Sequence record: MT884009.2
Strand: one strand, 5' to 3'
DNA from: Escherichia phage vb_EcoM_bov11CS3
DNA: 64,000 nucleotides
Positions 1 through 9,233 of this stretch are shown here, piece by piece. Position 1 is the stretch's first letter, and the number at the start of each line of letters is the position of its first letter. The position numbers and the translations under genes were made by a program. The notes beneath the pieces are model-generated. The model was not told the origin of the DNA. It made no database searches and worked only from the letters and a program-made list of their open reading frames with translations.

Positions 1-4
1 CTCC

Positions 5-1987
5 TTATTTGGTGTTATTCTTTGTATCAATCAGCTCACGGTATTCAATCATAGCAGGGGTGTCCCAATATTTCAAGCCTACATGCTTCAAAAGTGGGTA
101 TTTCTTTTCCAATCTTGCAATATAGGCCTTCCCGCATTTAACTCGGTTGGCGATTAAGATTTTGGCACGATGATTTAGCTCACTGTGCTTCCACGTGGTG
201 TTACCTTCCCACTTGTGGAAATGTGGCCGATAATTTCCAAAATCTTGCATGGGAATAATTTTCCCTAATTGTCTATACAGGCTGTCATAAGAAGTCTCAT
301 TTGCTGCACGGGTCAGTAAGAATTTCCAAGCATCCTCTTTCAACAGGTGCTCCACATTCTTCTCTGTAACATACTGGCAATCAGGATCAGTCCAAAGCAG
401 ACGAGATTCAGATACCAGATACAGATCTTCACCTTCAGGAATCTGAAGTGCCGCACGTACACGGTCATAATCTTGCTGGTAGATGTTACTCATCTGCCCC
501 AGCCAACAACTTCCACGTTGGATATCACCCTCATAAGGGATGCAGTGTTTAATCTTCCGGAACTCTGCCTTAGTAATACGCTCACGGCGGAAGTAACCAT
601 CCTTCTCAAGTTTTTTAACCCAATAGCCTGGCTCATAATGAGTTTTTGTTTCACCTTTCTTCGCAGGTCGGCGAGGGAGCTCTGATAACAATTTGATCGT
701 ATCTGCAAAGAACGGGTGGTGTGCTGCCTCTTTAAACTCTTTCACCAGATCAGTGTTCCGGCAATAGAAAACGTTGCGTCCGGTGATCTCGCTTAAGTAG
801 TTACACTTATTTCGGTTATATTTGCCGTCTCCGTCGTTAAATACTAAATAAACTCCCCGTAAGAATTCTACCTTTCCGTAACAAGCGTAACCTATGCGGC
901 CTTTATTTAAGCCGCCAGCGAAGATCTCACAGTCCCCCAAATTTCCTAGGCCTGTCTCTTCCCATCGTTCCCACATAAAATTCTTACCGAAGATGTGCCC
1001 GAACACTCCACTGTTCTTCATCATCTCGCGTGCTTCTGAGGATGTTTTTGCTGTCTCCAATTCCGCAACAACTTCTGCCCCACGTAAACGGATACCCTCT
1101 TTGACAAAAGCCTCCAGGCGATCCTGGAATCCACCGTCGTCATGGCCCTCTATGGTCCATTCGCGCCCAGGGTTAATATTGCAATCCCCAATAGGAATCT
1201 CTACACAGATTGCAGGGTAGTCTGTCAATGTTTCCAGGAATTTAGATCGGTAAGGTTGGTGACCCATTACCACGCGACTCTCGTCAGAGCTGGTATAACC
1301 TTTCAGGATAGTCATTTTCCAACCATCTTTCTCGTAGCGATACTGCGCCTCAACCTTGTCACCTTCCAGCATCTTACTGGTCATAGGGTCGGTAACGGTA
1401 AACGGAAACTTTGCATAGCGTAGGCATGACGCAATAGCAGTGCGATATTTCAGAACATGCTCTTTCTTAACATGGAACTGAACTTTTACCCCGTTGTGCT
1501 CTTCAGTCTTCCGCTCGCGGATCTTGGTAACGTTTGGGATACCCTGATCCAAGAACAATAGATATGTGCTTTCAACACCGTTGTGCACACTAATCACATC
1601 GAAAGTGTCCACCATGCTGAACGGGGCCTTTGAACCTACACCTTTATTACCTACCAGAGCGTTGCTGTTGCGCTTGGTTGACTCCCCGAGGTTCATGAAA
1701 GTGTTGCGGACCATCTCTTCTGACATACCCAATCCAACGTCCTGCACAAAGAAGTATGGTTCAAGGTCTGTAGGGGAGTGAATGATGATCGGTACATCAC
1801 CCCGTCCAGACTCAACATGGGAGTCCACAGCATTGAAGATTGGTTCACGGCAGCTTGCCAGCACCTTATCTTCGTAAATCCCTTTAATGATTAGCCCAAA
1901 AGTCTCTTTGTTCAGAGAAATTGAGCCCCTGGTGACCTCCATATTCCCGGTTAGTACTGCTTTAGTTTCATTACTGTTTACAATCAT
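5..1987 (-). CDS. rIIA: rIIA-like protein with N-terminal GHKL (histidine-kinase-like) ATPase domain, 660 aa
   Basis: GHKL motifs in translation: N-box EPIFNAVDSH, G1 DVGLGMS, G2 GNKGVGSKAPF. Stop codon at 5-7, so the gene is complete. Family assignment from remembered rIIA architecture, not searched. Confidence 0.5.
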   Translation of the reverse strand: MIVNSNETKAVLTGNMEVTRGSISLNKETFGLIIKGIYEDKVLASCREPIFNAVDSHVESGRGDVPIIIHSPTDLEPYFFVQDVGLGMSEEMVRNTFMNLGESTKRNSNALVGNKGVGSKAPFSMVDTFDVISVHNGVESTYLLFLDQGIPNVTKIRERKTEEHNGVKVQFHVKKEHVLKYRTAIASCLRYAKFPFTVTDPMTSKMLEGDKVEAQYRYEKDGWKMTILKGYTSSDESRVVMGHQPYRSKFLETLTDYPAICVEIPIGDCNINPGREWTIEGHDDGGFQDRLEAFVKEGIRLRGAEVVAELETAKTSSEAREMMKNSGVFGHIFGKNFMWERWEETGLGNLGDCEIFAGGLNKGRIGYACYGKVEFLRGVYLVFNDGDGKYNRNKCNYLSEITGRNVFYCRNTDLVKEFKEAAHHPFFADTIKLLSELPRRPAKKGETKTHYEPGYWVKKLEKDGYFRRERITKAEFRKIKHCIPYEGDIQRGSCWLGQMSNIYQQDYDRVRAALQIPEGEDLYLVSESRLLWTDPDCQYVTEKNVEHLLKEDAWKFLLTRAANETSYDSLYRQLGKIIPMQDFGNYRPHFHKWEGNTTWKHSELNHRAKILIANRVKCGKAYIARLEKKYPLLKHVGLKYWDTPAMIEYRELIDTKNNTK

Positions 1988-2484
1988 TTATTGCGCTCCT
2001 TGTAGTAGATATGACTCCCGAATTGAGCTGTCCTCTGCATCTTTTTTGCCCATTTCGGTCGTACTTTGGTTGTATGGTAGTGTGTTGCTCCACCTGTTAT
2101 GTCCATAGCCATGTATGCAACATGGTTGTTATTATAGACCTTTAGAAGCATCTTTGCAAGACTTTTAGCGTGATCCCATGAATCTTTTTCTGTCACCTTA
2201 AAAGTTTTGCCGTGGTTTGTCCACGAAAACTGGTTAGGTTGGTAGACAATCTTTCTTATAGTGTCTGGGTATTTGGGGTGAGATTTCCTGTTTAGTGTGG
2301 CAAACCCTGATGCCAGCATACCCATCGTGCCATCCCCTCTAGCCTCCCTGTAGATATTGCATGCCAGAATGTTTTCCTTAGTATCTGAGGGCTTGCAAGT
2401 ATGATATACTTTTTGTTTTGGTGCTGCAACAACAGGCAGCGATAAAAATGCGCTCAAAATAATAGCAAAGATCTTAATTTTCAC
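1984..2484 (-). CDS. SleB-type cell wall hydrolase with N-terminal signal peptide, 166 aa (endolysin candidate)
   Basis: N-terminus MKIKIFAIILSAFLSLPVVAAP looks like a Sec signal. Domain pattern NIYREARGDG ... YQPNQFSW ... GGATHYH fits the SleB/Hydrolase_2 family. 4-nt overlap with the downstream gene. Confidence 0.65.
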   Translation of the reverse strand: MKIKIFAIILSAFLSLPVVAAPKQKVYHTCKPSDTKENILACNIYREARGDGTMGMLASGFATLNRKSHPKYPDTIRKIVYQPNQFSWTNHGKTFKVTEKDSWDHAKSLAKMLLKVYNNNHVAYMAMDITGGATHYHTTKVRPKWAKKMQRTAQFGSHIYYKERNK

Positions 2485-2491
2485 AATAACT

Positions 2492-2521
2492 CCAAATAGA
2501 AAATCCCCGCCGAAGCGGGGG
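2492..2521 (-). terminator. Rho-independent terminator-like hairpin
   Basis: Plus-strand CCCCGCCGAAGCGGGG (2505-2520); on the minus strand the stem is followed by ATTTTCTATTT. Lies between the 126-aa gene and the hydrolase gene. Confidence 0.5.
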
Positions 2522-2533
2522 AGGTCTTAGAAA

Positions 2534-2914
2534 TTAATCGTAGTGTGCCAAAATCTCTCCATCGTTGCAAGTTCCCTCTACAAAGTTATGAAGATTCATG
2601 CACTCATCTTGATAGAAGAATTTACCGCTTTTCAGCCGTAAGCCAAACAACTCCGCATCTCCACGATGGCAAGCCTCTACAAGTTCATAGATTTCATACG
2701 GCAACTCTCCGTCGTCATGGAAGAACCCAGCCTTATCGTTGACATAGATGAAGAAATAATCACTGCTATCGCAAGCGTCCAATATTTTAAACCAGATTTC
2801 ATCTACATCTTTTTCTCGGATATCAATCACGCAAGTGGAGCTGCATTCGTACTCCTTCTCCGGCTCCTCGGTCAATACCACCCGGTAATTTCCCCGCTTA
2901 CCTACTTTAGCCAT
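2534..2914 (-). CDS. hypothetical protein, 126 aa
   Basis: ORF track; compact spacing with neighbours; no recognisable motif. Confidence 0.5.
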   Translation of the reverse strand: MAKVGKRGNYRVVLTEEPEKEYECSSTCVIDIREKDVDEIWFKILDACDSSDYFFIYVNDKAGFFHDDGELPYEIYELVEACHRGDAELFGLRLKSGKFFYQDECMNLHNFVEGTCNDGEILAHYD

Positions 2915-2923
2915 ACAACCCCC

Positions 2924-4108
2924 TTAAGCTTTAGCTAAAATGGCGCTAAACTCTTCACCAAACTCTTTTACAATCTTCATCAGGTTTGGGTACGCTTTGA
3001 TCAGTTGAGCAACGATCTTGTCACGCCCTTTACCGATAAGCAAGGCATTTCCTAAGGCATTAGGTTTCATCATCGCCATAAAGACTGAGAATACAAAATC
3101 TCGGTTCTCGTCCTTGAAGTTTTCCCAAAGGAAATCGAGGAAGTTTGCCACGCAGCTGACAAGATCTTCATCTGAGATACTTGCATTTTCCATCATATTA
3201 CGAATAGCGATACAACCTTCAGATCCAAGAATCCACAAGATGTCTGGCTGCTTAGGACCTACGTATTCTTTGCAACCCCCTGCCATAATCCGACCGATTT
3301 CCGGTAAATTGCGTTTCTTGGTGTGGTAGGTCCAGATCTCTACCGCTGCAGTGTGACCAATAGCACCTTGCAGAAGAACACGGGCCATAGCGTCAGAAAT
3401 AATACCGCTGTCAAAATCGTGCAGGATATCAGATGCAGCAACCCAAGATCGCGGTGTGGCAAAAGATGGGCAATTAATCTCAGCCATAGCCTCATAATTA
3501 TCAATAGCTGACGGAACTCTTTTCAGATACCCAATTACAGAGGAGTGCACTCCATTAAGGAATGCGTAGTCCTCAATAAACACCTCTGCATTGCTTGTAA
3601 CTTCTACAATGATAAAACGGTTAGCCAGAGGGGCTTCAAGCGCCGAAAGAACCGCACCATCTGTAGAACGGTTACCTGCAGCTACAAAAACAGAGCCCTT
3701 AGGGAATGCATAGGTGCCGCACTTGTGGTCGAGCATAATTTGCATTGCAACCTTTTGCAGGTAATTATCTGCATGAGTAAGCTCATCCAGAAAGATAATT
3801 CCGCTCCAGTCCGGATCTGCAGGCCAGAATTCTGGAATTGCAAACACTGTACGTGTAGTTCCATCCGCTTCTACAGGGATAGGTAGCCCAGATAAGTCGG
3901 CAGGATCTTTATCTGACAGTCGCACGTCAACCAGGTTGTCATCTCGCTCACCGAACATATTATCGGCGATCTGCTTCATCACCTGGCTCTTCCCCACGCC
4001 CATTGGTCCTAAAATCAGGACAGATCGGTTATGACGTTGGGCAAACTGAATGATAGCTGGCAACTCACGGACAGTGATTTGACCACTTTCAAATACGTTT
4101 CTTGACAT
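2924..4108 (-). CDS. MoxR-like AAA+ ATPase (AAA_5/CbbQ-type), 394 aa
   Basis: Walker A ILGPMGVGKS, Walker B IIFLDELTHAD, downstream AAGNRSTDG...LANRF segment typical of MoxR-type ATPases. Confidence 0.7.
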   Translation of the reverse strand: MSRNVFESGQITVRELPAIIQFAQRHNRSVLILGPMGVGKSQVMKQIADNMFGERDDNLVDVRLSDKDPADLSGLPIPVEADGTTRTVFAIPEFWPADPDWSGIIFLDELTHADNYLQKVAMQIMLDHKCGTYAFPKGSVFVAAGNRSTDGAVLSALEAPLANRFIIVEVTSNAEVFIEDYAFLNGVHSSVIGYLKRVPSAIDNYEAMAEINCPSFATPRSWVAASDILHDFDSGIISDAMARVLLQGAIGHTAAVEIWTYHTKKRNLPEIGRIMAGGCKEYVGPKQPDILWILGSEGCIAIRNMMENASISDEDLVSCVANFLDFLWENFKDENRDFVFSVFMAMMKPNALGNALLIGKGRDKIVAQLIKAYPNLMKIVKEFGEEFSAILAKA

Positions 4109-4401
4109 TAGTAAAAGTCCTCTACTTGTGTGTAAGTGTTTTCAAAGTTTTCCAAAACAGATGCCACATCGGATCTGTCAATATCGTACACAACTTCCCA
4201 GTTGTATGCAACCCTTTCTGCTGTTGCTTCTTCAGGACTTAGCCGTCTACTGGGGTGAAAGAATGTTGGGGTACACCTTCTTAGTTGTCTTCCGGTTTTC
4301 CCATAACAATATCTGTGGATAACTTTGTCAAAATTTAACTCTTTTTCTGCACAAAGTTCGTGTTTCTGGTATAACATGTTTATTACTCTTCTAAGCGGCA
4401 T
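4108..4401 (-). CDS. hypothetical protein (start uncertain: 4416 GTG, 4401 ATG or 4377 ATG)
   Basis: ORF track; ATG at 4401 is preceded by GGTGGTGG; overlaps stop of upstream gene. Confidence 0.4.
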   Translation of the reverse strand: MPLRRVINMLYQKHELCAEKELNFDKVIHRYCYGKTGRQLRRCTPTFFHPSRRLSPEEATAERVAYNWEVVYDIDRSDVASVLENFENTYTQVEDFY

Positions 4402-4419
4402 CCCTGCCACCACCACCTG

Positions 4420-4800
4420 CTAGAATGCAGTTCGAATCCAGACAAGGTTCTTATCTGCCCAATCATAGAGGCAAGTCATTGCGCTATTGAATTGCTCACA
4501 CGGAGGATAATCTTCTTCCATCTGGCGCATAGCAGATCCTTGTGGGTAAAGCTCCCGTGCTGCAAGCCACGCATCGTAGTCATCCACGGTATCGAAGTAG
4601 TATACAACATCCTCCAACTCAGGATCGAACTTTGAATTATCAGGATCCAGTTGTTCAGGGAACTTGGAGCGTAACTTGCCAGCCACAATGCTTGCCAACT
4701 CGCTAACATGCTTATTGTCCCACTCTACTAGTTTCCCGTCTTCAGCGATGCGTCCTAACCACTGATCATGAAGGTCAACTGTTGTCTTCCACCGGGCCAT
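4420..4800 (-). CDS. hypothetical protein, 126 aa
   Basis: ORF track; acidic, Trp-rich; no recognisable motif. Confidence 0.5.
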   Translation of the reverse strand: MARWKTTVDLHDQWLGRIAEDGKLVEWDNKHVSELASIVAGKLRSKFPEQLDPDNSKFDPELEDVVYYFDTVDDYDAWLAARELYPQGSAMRQMEEDYPPCEQFNSAMTCLYDWADKNLVWIRTAF

Positions 4801-4802
4801 TA

Positions 4803-5060
4803 TCAGTCCACCTCTTCTTCTCGTTGCAGTTCAAGATACCCGTAGGTCTGGATATCTTCAAGGGTGTGGAAATCCCCATCTGCCGCTAAGGCACGAACAA
4901 CTTGGCACAAAACTTTATGAGGAACTTCATCCAGACCCAGATTCAGTGCAGGGAACACCTTATCTAAGTCAACAAAATAAACGAACTGTAGCTCACCAGC
5001 TTCAAAAGGTGTATCTTCAATAAACATCTTCTCGGCATTAGTCAAGATCTGCACTTTCAT
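4803..5060 (-). CDS. hypothetical protein, 85 aa
   Basis: ORF track; 2-nt gap to neighbour. Confidence 0.45.
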   Translation of the reverse strand: MKVQILTNAEKMFIEDTPFEAGELQFVYFVDLDKVFPALNLGLDEVPHKVLCQVVRALAADGDFHTLEDIQTYGYLELQREEEVD

Positions 5061-5437
5061 TATTCTGCCTCCTCTTCTTTTTCTTCGGCGTTAGTTTCAG
5101 TGCTACCCCACTCTGGAGTTTCCACCTCGATAGTAAACTCACGCACTACACGGTAATTGCCCATGAAGCGCTCCACCTCGTCAAGGCTTATGGCGAGGCC
5201 ATTGGCAACCAGGTCTGCAGCACCCTCTTCTACCAGATAGTCCAGATTGGCTTCCAAAGCTTCAGGCTCGAACCCTGTCAATGCAATCAGATAACCTTTC
5301 CCTTCATCAGGTAGGACAATACAGCCCAACTGATTTTCTTTAAAAAGGCAGTGACCATCATTATTGATGGGGTGTTCATTGCAGTAAATAGCTGCACGAT
5401 AAGTAGCTTTAGACATCGGTAAGGCCTCCTTAGGCAA
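5060..5437 (-). CDS. hypothetical protein, 125 aa
   Basis: ORF track; start overlaps upstream gene. Confidence 0.5.
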   Translation of the reverse strand: MPKEALPMSKATYRAAIYCNEHPINNDGHCLFKENQLGCIVLPDEGKGYLIALTGFEPEALEANLDYLVEEGAADLVANGLAISLDEVERFMGNYRVVREFTIEVETPEWGSTETNAEEKEEEAE

Positions 5438-5708
5438 TTGTCATTTTACATTCTTGAAATTTTAACACAAGACGGTGATTGTGTCTAGTGTCTAAAAAGA
5501 TTTTTTCAACCATCAGGCACACGGTATAACCGTCCATCTTGTTAACAACAAAATCTCCAAGGTGAGGGAGGATGTCCCCTGGATTGGGGAAACATAACCC
5601 GCTCAAGAAGGCATCATCGGTGGTGGACTTAATGGATTTCCACACATTGTCTGCCTGAACATTTTCACCCACATAGTATACACTACCACATGCCTTCATC
5701 ATAGTCAA
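5430..5708 (-). CDS. hypothetical protein, 92 aa
   Basis: ORF track; overlapping stop/start with neighbours. Confidence 0.45.
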   Translation of the reverse strand: MTMMKACGSVYYVGENVQADNVWKSIKSTTDDAFLSGLCFPNPGDILPHLGDFVVNKMDGYTVCLMVEKIFLDTRHNHRLVLKFQECKMTIA

Positions 5709-6604
5709 ATCTCCGCGTAAATTAAACTGGAATCAGTATACTTCTTTAACGGGTAAATATCCTGTCCATAGATGCCGTCATTAAACACCTCATCTACCCA
5801 AAGGCTACACTTATATCCCATCATTTCTAAAACGCCCATCTCTTCTTCGGTGAACTTATCACCGCTCTTGCAAGATGTCAATACCTCATTCTGTACTCTT
5901 GCTACCTCGAAGCGGTTATTGGCAATATCACTATTGGCAATCAAATACTCACCTAAAGGGTGTGCAGCATTAAAGATGCACAGTGGACGGTTGACGTAAT
6001 AGTCTCCTGGTGTATAAAAATTGTTGAGATCCTTCACCAGAACATTCTTATCAGTCACTTCATTTATAACATCATGCATATCACACATCTTTATATGTTT
6101 GAGGATTCCATCCCCCATCACAAAATAAAAACTTGCTGAGACACTCTCGGCATAGATCTTACTAGATCCGTTGTAGTTGTATTTTACGCGAATGCTTACA
6201 GGGGTTTTGCCTGTCGCGTTAGCCATCATCCAAAGGAACGGAAGTTCAAACCTCTCCTCTGAGGAAACAAAAGGTGAAGTTGCCAGAGATCGGAAACCTC
6301 CAGAAAAGTTGAAAGTTACAGAGCCGCTCCGGCGATATGATACCGCATATTCTACTTTTATATCGACATAGCCGTTGGAGTAAGTGTGGCCTCCATTATC
6401 CAGATATGTCCACTTATCAGATCCGGATACCAGCCTACGCTCAATAACCTTCATTACTATAGGAATTAGCGGGTTGGTACAAACCGATTTTGAAGTAGCT
6501 TTATCATCCAAAGCCTCATAAATTGCAGAAAGGATATCACCTGCTGAGAGATTGGTTGTGATATCTTGTTTCCACCGAGTGCTAAAGCTGTTAAGATTTG
6601 CCAT
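5705..6604 (-). CDS. hypothetical protein, 299 aa (start moved to ATG at 6604)
   Basis: ATG at 6604 is preceded by AGGAG (sense ACAGGAGCACTTAATCATG); the track start at 6646 has no such site. Confidence 0.55.
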   Translation of the reverse strand: MANLNSFSTRWKQDITTNLSAGDILSAIYEALDDKATSKSVCTNPLIPIVMKVIERRLVSGSDKWTYLDNGGHTYSNGYVDIKVEYAVSYRRSGSVTFNFSGGFRSLATSPFVSSEERFELPFLWMMANATGKTPVSIRVKYNYNGSSKIYAESVSASFYFVMGDGILKHIKMCDMHDVINEVTDKNVLVKDLNNFYTPGDYYVNRPLCIFNAAHPLGEYLIANSDIANNRFEVARVQNEVLTSCKSGDKFTEEEMGVLEMMGYKCSLWVDEVFNDGIYGQDIYPLKKYTDSSLIYAEI

Positions 6605-6644
6605 GATTAAGTGCTCCTGTGTTCGTTTTCTTTCGAATGGGTGC

Positions 6645-6673
6645 ACTATATCGTAGATTTATAGTAAAGTCAA
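6645..6673 (-). promoter_or_regulatory. sigma70-like promoter for the leftward gene block
   Basis: Minus-strand reading: TTGACT (rc of 6668-6673), 17-nt spacer, TATAGT (rc of 6645-6650). Confidence 0.45.
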
Positions 6674-6686
6674 CACGTTTTTGAGG

Positions 6687-6715
6687 TTGACATCTGTCGA
6701 GGCACTTGATAAGAT
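6687..6715 (+). promoter_or_regulatory. sigma70-like promoter for the rightward gene block
   Basis: TTGACA 6687-6692, 17-nt spacer, TAAGAT 6710-6715; about 30 nt upstream of the ATG at 6747. Confidence 0.4.
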
Positions 6716-6746
6716 TTCTTCACCTGCAGAGCACGAGAGACAACTC

Positions 6747-7724
6747 ATGAATCTTGAAAAATATTATACACCAGAAGAGTTAGAGCGCCTGCTCAAAAAA
6801 TACAGACGCAAACAAAATAATGCACGGAAACGAGATATAGAGTTCAACCTGTCATGGGAAGAATACCTCCTATTTGGTAAAAAACTTTTAGGAGAGGGGG
6901 TATGCGACTATACCCTTATACCTTTCGACATGCACACAGATGAAAACGGGCTGGGGAATCCTTTCTACCCATCTCTGGAGCGGATAGATGATGAAGGTCC
7001 TTACGCAATTGACAATTGTTGTGTGGTAGGGTTGAGGTGCAACGCTCTGAAAGACTGTCTGGTAGATAAAAAGACTGCAATATTGATAAAAGACAAAACT
7101 GATCGAAAAATTGTCCAGCAGATGATGCTTCACCTGAGCGAAGAGCGTATGGAGAAATTGAAAGGTGATTATACTTTTGAAGATTTCATCTTGCAATATG
7201 GGACAGAAGAAGATAAACTAGCACTTTTTGACGAAGAGGAAGAAGATATGTCACCAATGCAGGACTTTAAAAATTTCATGGCTGATCGTGCAGCCAACAA
7301 ACACATTTCAGACATCGTAAACGAAACTGTGACAGAAGAAATTGGAGAACAGAACTCTGAAGAGGAAAAAGAGCCTCAGGAGGTCGAAGAGGAGATTGCA
7401 GAAGAGGTTCCTGCACTGCCTGATGATGTTGAGGTTGCTAAGGCTTACACTTTCTATTGTCAAACGTTCTACGATGCAGGTATGAAAGTTGATCTGTCGT
7501 TCAGCCAATTTAAGAGTTCGTATGTTCGCAAATGCTGTGCTTTAACTGGTGAACGTCTCGGAGCTGGACTTAAGCCCCTGTTAGTGACCGACTGGAATAA
7601 AGGTTTCACCAAAGGTAACTTTATGGTAGTATCTCCAATTATGGAGAAAGCTATGACAGATCTTATGAAGACCACCCGCATGACAATGACAGAGTTGGCA
7701 GGTATTTTCAAACACGTTAAATAA
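6747..7724 (+). CDS. hypothetical protein, 325 aa, with acidic region; possible degenerate HNH/EndoVII-like segment
   Basis: Start moved from track TTG at 6681 to ATG at 6747. Segment SLERIDDEGPYAIDNCCVVGLRCNALK resembles an HNH beta-beta-alpha motif but lacks the first His. Acidic tract EEEEDMSP...EVEEEIAEEV. Confidence 0.5.
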   Translation: MNLEKYYTPEELERLLKKYRRKQNNARKRDIEFNLSWEEYLLFGKKLLGEGVCDYTLIPFDMHTDENGLGNPFYPSLERIDDEGPYAIDNCCVVGLRCNALKDCLVDKKTAILIKDKTDRKIVQQMMLHLSEERMEKLKGDYTFEDFILQYGTEEDKLALFDEEEEDMSPMQDFKNFMADRAANKHISDIVNETVTEEIGEQNSEEEKEPQEVEEEIAEEVPALPDDVEVAKAYTFYCQTFYDAGMKVDLSFSQFKSSYVRKCCALTGERLGAGLKPLLVTDWNKGFTKGNFMVVSPIMEKAMTDLMKTTRMTMTELAGIFKHVK

Positions 7725-7729
7725 TGACA

Positions 7730-7744
7730 GGGGCCATTGGCCCC
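7730..7744 (+). terminator. GC hairpin (possible terminator/attenuator) after the 325-aa gene
   Basis: GGGGCCATTGGCCCC palindromic stem directly after the stop at 7722-7724, followed by TTCTGGAGTTTT, which also contains the RBS of the next gene. Confidence 0.35.
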
Positions 7745-7757
7745 TTCTGGAGTTTTA

Positions 7758-9218
7758 ATGGATAGCAGAAGTTCAGAAATCATTGCCTCACAAAAAGATG
7801 ATGCCCTGAGAATGTTGCAGGCTGCACGTATGTATCTCCTTGAAAAGCTGCCGTTTTACGGCACACTGCTGTCAGGGTTGCAGTTCGTAGAAAACCACAC
7901 ATGGTGCTCCACCATGGCAACCGACCATAAACGCATCTACTACAGCCCCGAATTCATTATGGGATTGGCAGATGAGCGCAAAACAATTCTTAAAGCATCT
8001 CTGACTGACGAGCAGTTTGAAATGGCTGAGGTTTTCTATTCCCCTAAATCTGTGAAAGAGGTGGCCTTTCTTCTGTCACATGAGGTGGGGCATATTATCT
8101 GTGATCACCTAGTCCGTGGTAAAAGCTTTGAGCCAGAGCTGTTCAATATTGCTTGTGATCACGTTATCAACACAGGCCTTGTGGTGGACTTTAGCAAGCC
8201 TCCTTGTGTTTTCTTCCCGAAGGGGAAAAGCACTACGTTCGTAAAAGGTAAGCCTTTTGGTTTCTTAGCCAGCTGCTACTGCGACATGAGGTTTCATGGA
8301 TGGATTGCTGAGAACGTCTATGCAGTTCTTGATAAGCAAAGAGATCAGAATAACGGTAAAAGTAAGAGTGGTAAAGGTGATAACTCTCAGGGGGATAAGC
8401 GACAAACCGATGATCACATGAGTGGGAACGGTGGCACCAGTGATGATCTCGGAAAGGCTATGGGGTATGATCAGCCACAACCTGTAATCAGCCAATCTGA
8501 TAAAGATCAGGCCATGCAAGACTCTGGTGACATGCTGGAAGCAGCAATGCAAGCTTCTGGAGGTAGTTGCCCTGAGGCGGTGCGTGAGTTTGTCAAGAAC
8601 AGAGGTAAGCCTGTAATCAACTATATAGACATCATTAAGCAACGTATGTTGTCTAAACGAAAGGCTGAACTAACCTACAGAAAGCCTGGTCGCCGATCTG
8701 GATCTTTGACCAGCACAATGCGAAAAGTTGGGGCTATAAACAAGAACCAGCACGTTATTGTTCCTGGTCGTAATCCGGAAAACACTATAGATATTGTGGT
8801 GGCTTTAGACGTTTCTGGCTCGATCTCTCAAAGAACTTTAAAGAAAATGTTCAATGAGATCACCGGATTGTGCAATCTGTATAAAGAGTTTAAGGTTACG
8901 ATGTTCTGTTGGTCAACCGAGGTTGGAGAGGTCAAAGTATACACTCGCGGCAACATAGACGAGATGATCAACTATGAGGTCCACTCAACATGGGGCACAA
9001 CAGCTGCTTGCGTGTTCGAGTATCTGGATGCCAATATACCGAATGCAAAAGATGTCATCGTCCTGACCGACCTATACTTTGAGCATAACTTTGAACAAAA
9101 GGCTGTTGACAACAAGTGGAAAAAGTACGATACTTTATGGGTTCTCACCGAGGGGTATAATAAAAATTATATCCCGAGCTTTGGGAAAACTGTGGAATTA
9201 ATCGAATACGCCAAGTAA
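7758..9218 (+). CDS. vWA-domain protein with N-terminal HExxH metallopeptidase-like domain (DUF2201/CobT-like), 486 aa
   Basis: HExxH in SHEVGHIICDH; vWA MIDAS-type motif DVSGSIS plus downstream TWGTT and LTD. Start moved to ATG 7758 (GGAG 5 nt upstream). Confidence 0.7.
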   Translation: MDSRSSEIIASQKDDALRMLQAARMYLLEKLPFYGTLLSGLQFVENHTWCSTMATDHKRIYYSPEFIMGLADERKTILKASLTDEQFEMAEVFYSPKSVKEVAFLLSHEVGHIICDHLVRGKSFEPELFNIACDHVINTGLVVDFSKPPCVFFPKGKSTTFVKGKPFGFLASCYCDMRFHGWIAENVYAVLDKQRDQNNGKSKSGKGDNSQGDKRQTDDHMSGNGGTSDDLGKAMGYDQPQPVISQSDKDQAMQDSGDMLEAAMQASGGSCPEAVREFVKNRGKPVINYIDIIKQRMLSKRKAELTYRKPGRRSGSLTSTMRKVGAINKNQHVIVPGRNPENTIDIVVALDVSGSISQRTLKKMFNEITGLCNLYKEFKVTMFCWSTEVGEVKVYTRGNIDEMINYEVHSTWGTTAACVFEYLDANIPNAKDVIVLTDLYFEHNFEQKAVDNKWKKYDTLWVLTEGYNKNYIPSFGKTVELIEYAK

Positions 9219-9233
9219 GAGAGGACGTTATTT

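Noticed and set aside
347-1423. Plus-strand ORFs (347-685, 894-1220, 1142-1423) inside the rIIA-like gene
   Set aside because: Antisense shadow ORFs within a long minus-strand coding region; no RBS, low-complexity translations.
6681-7757. ORF-track starts at 6681 (TTG) and 7737 (TTG)
   Set aside because: Both lack RBS and overlap a promoter or a terminator hairpin; downstream ATGs at 6747 and 7758 have better context.
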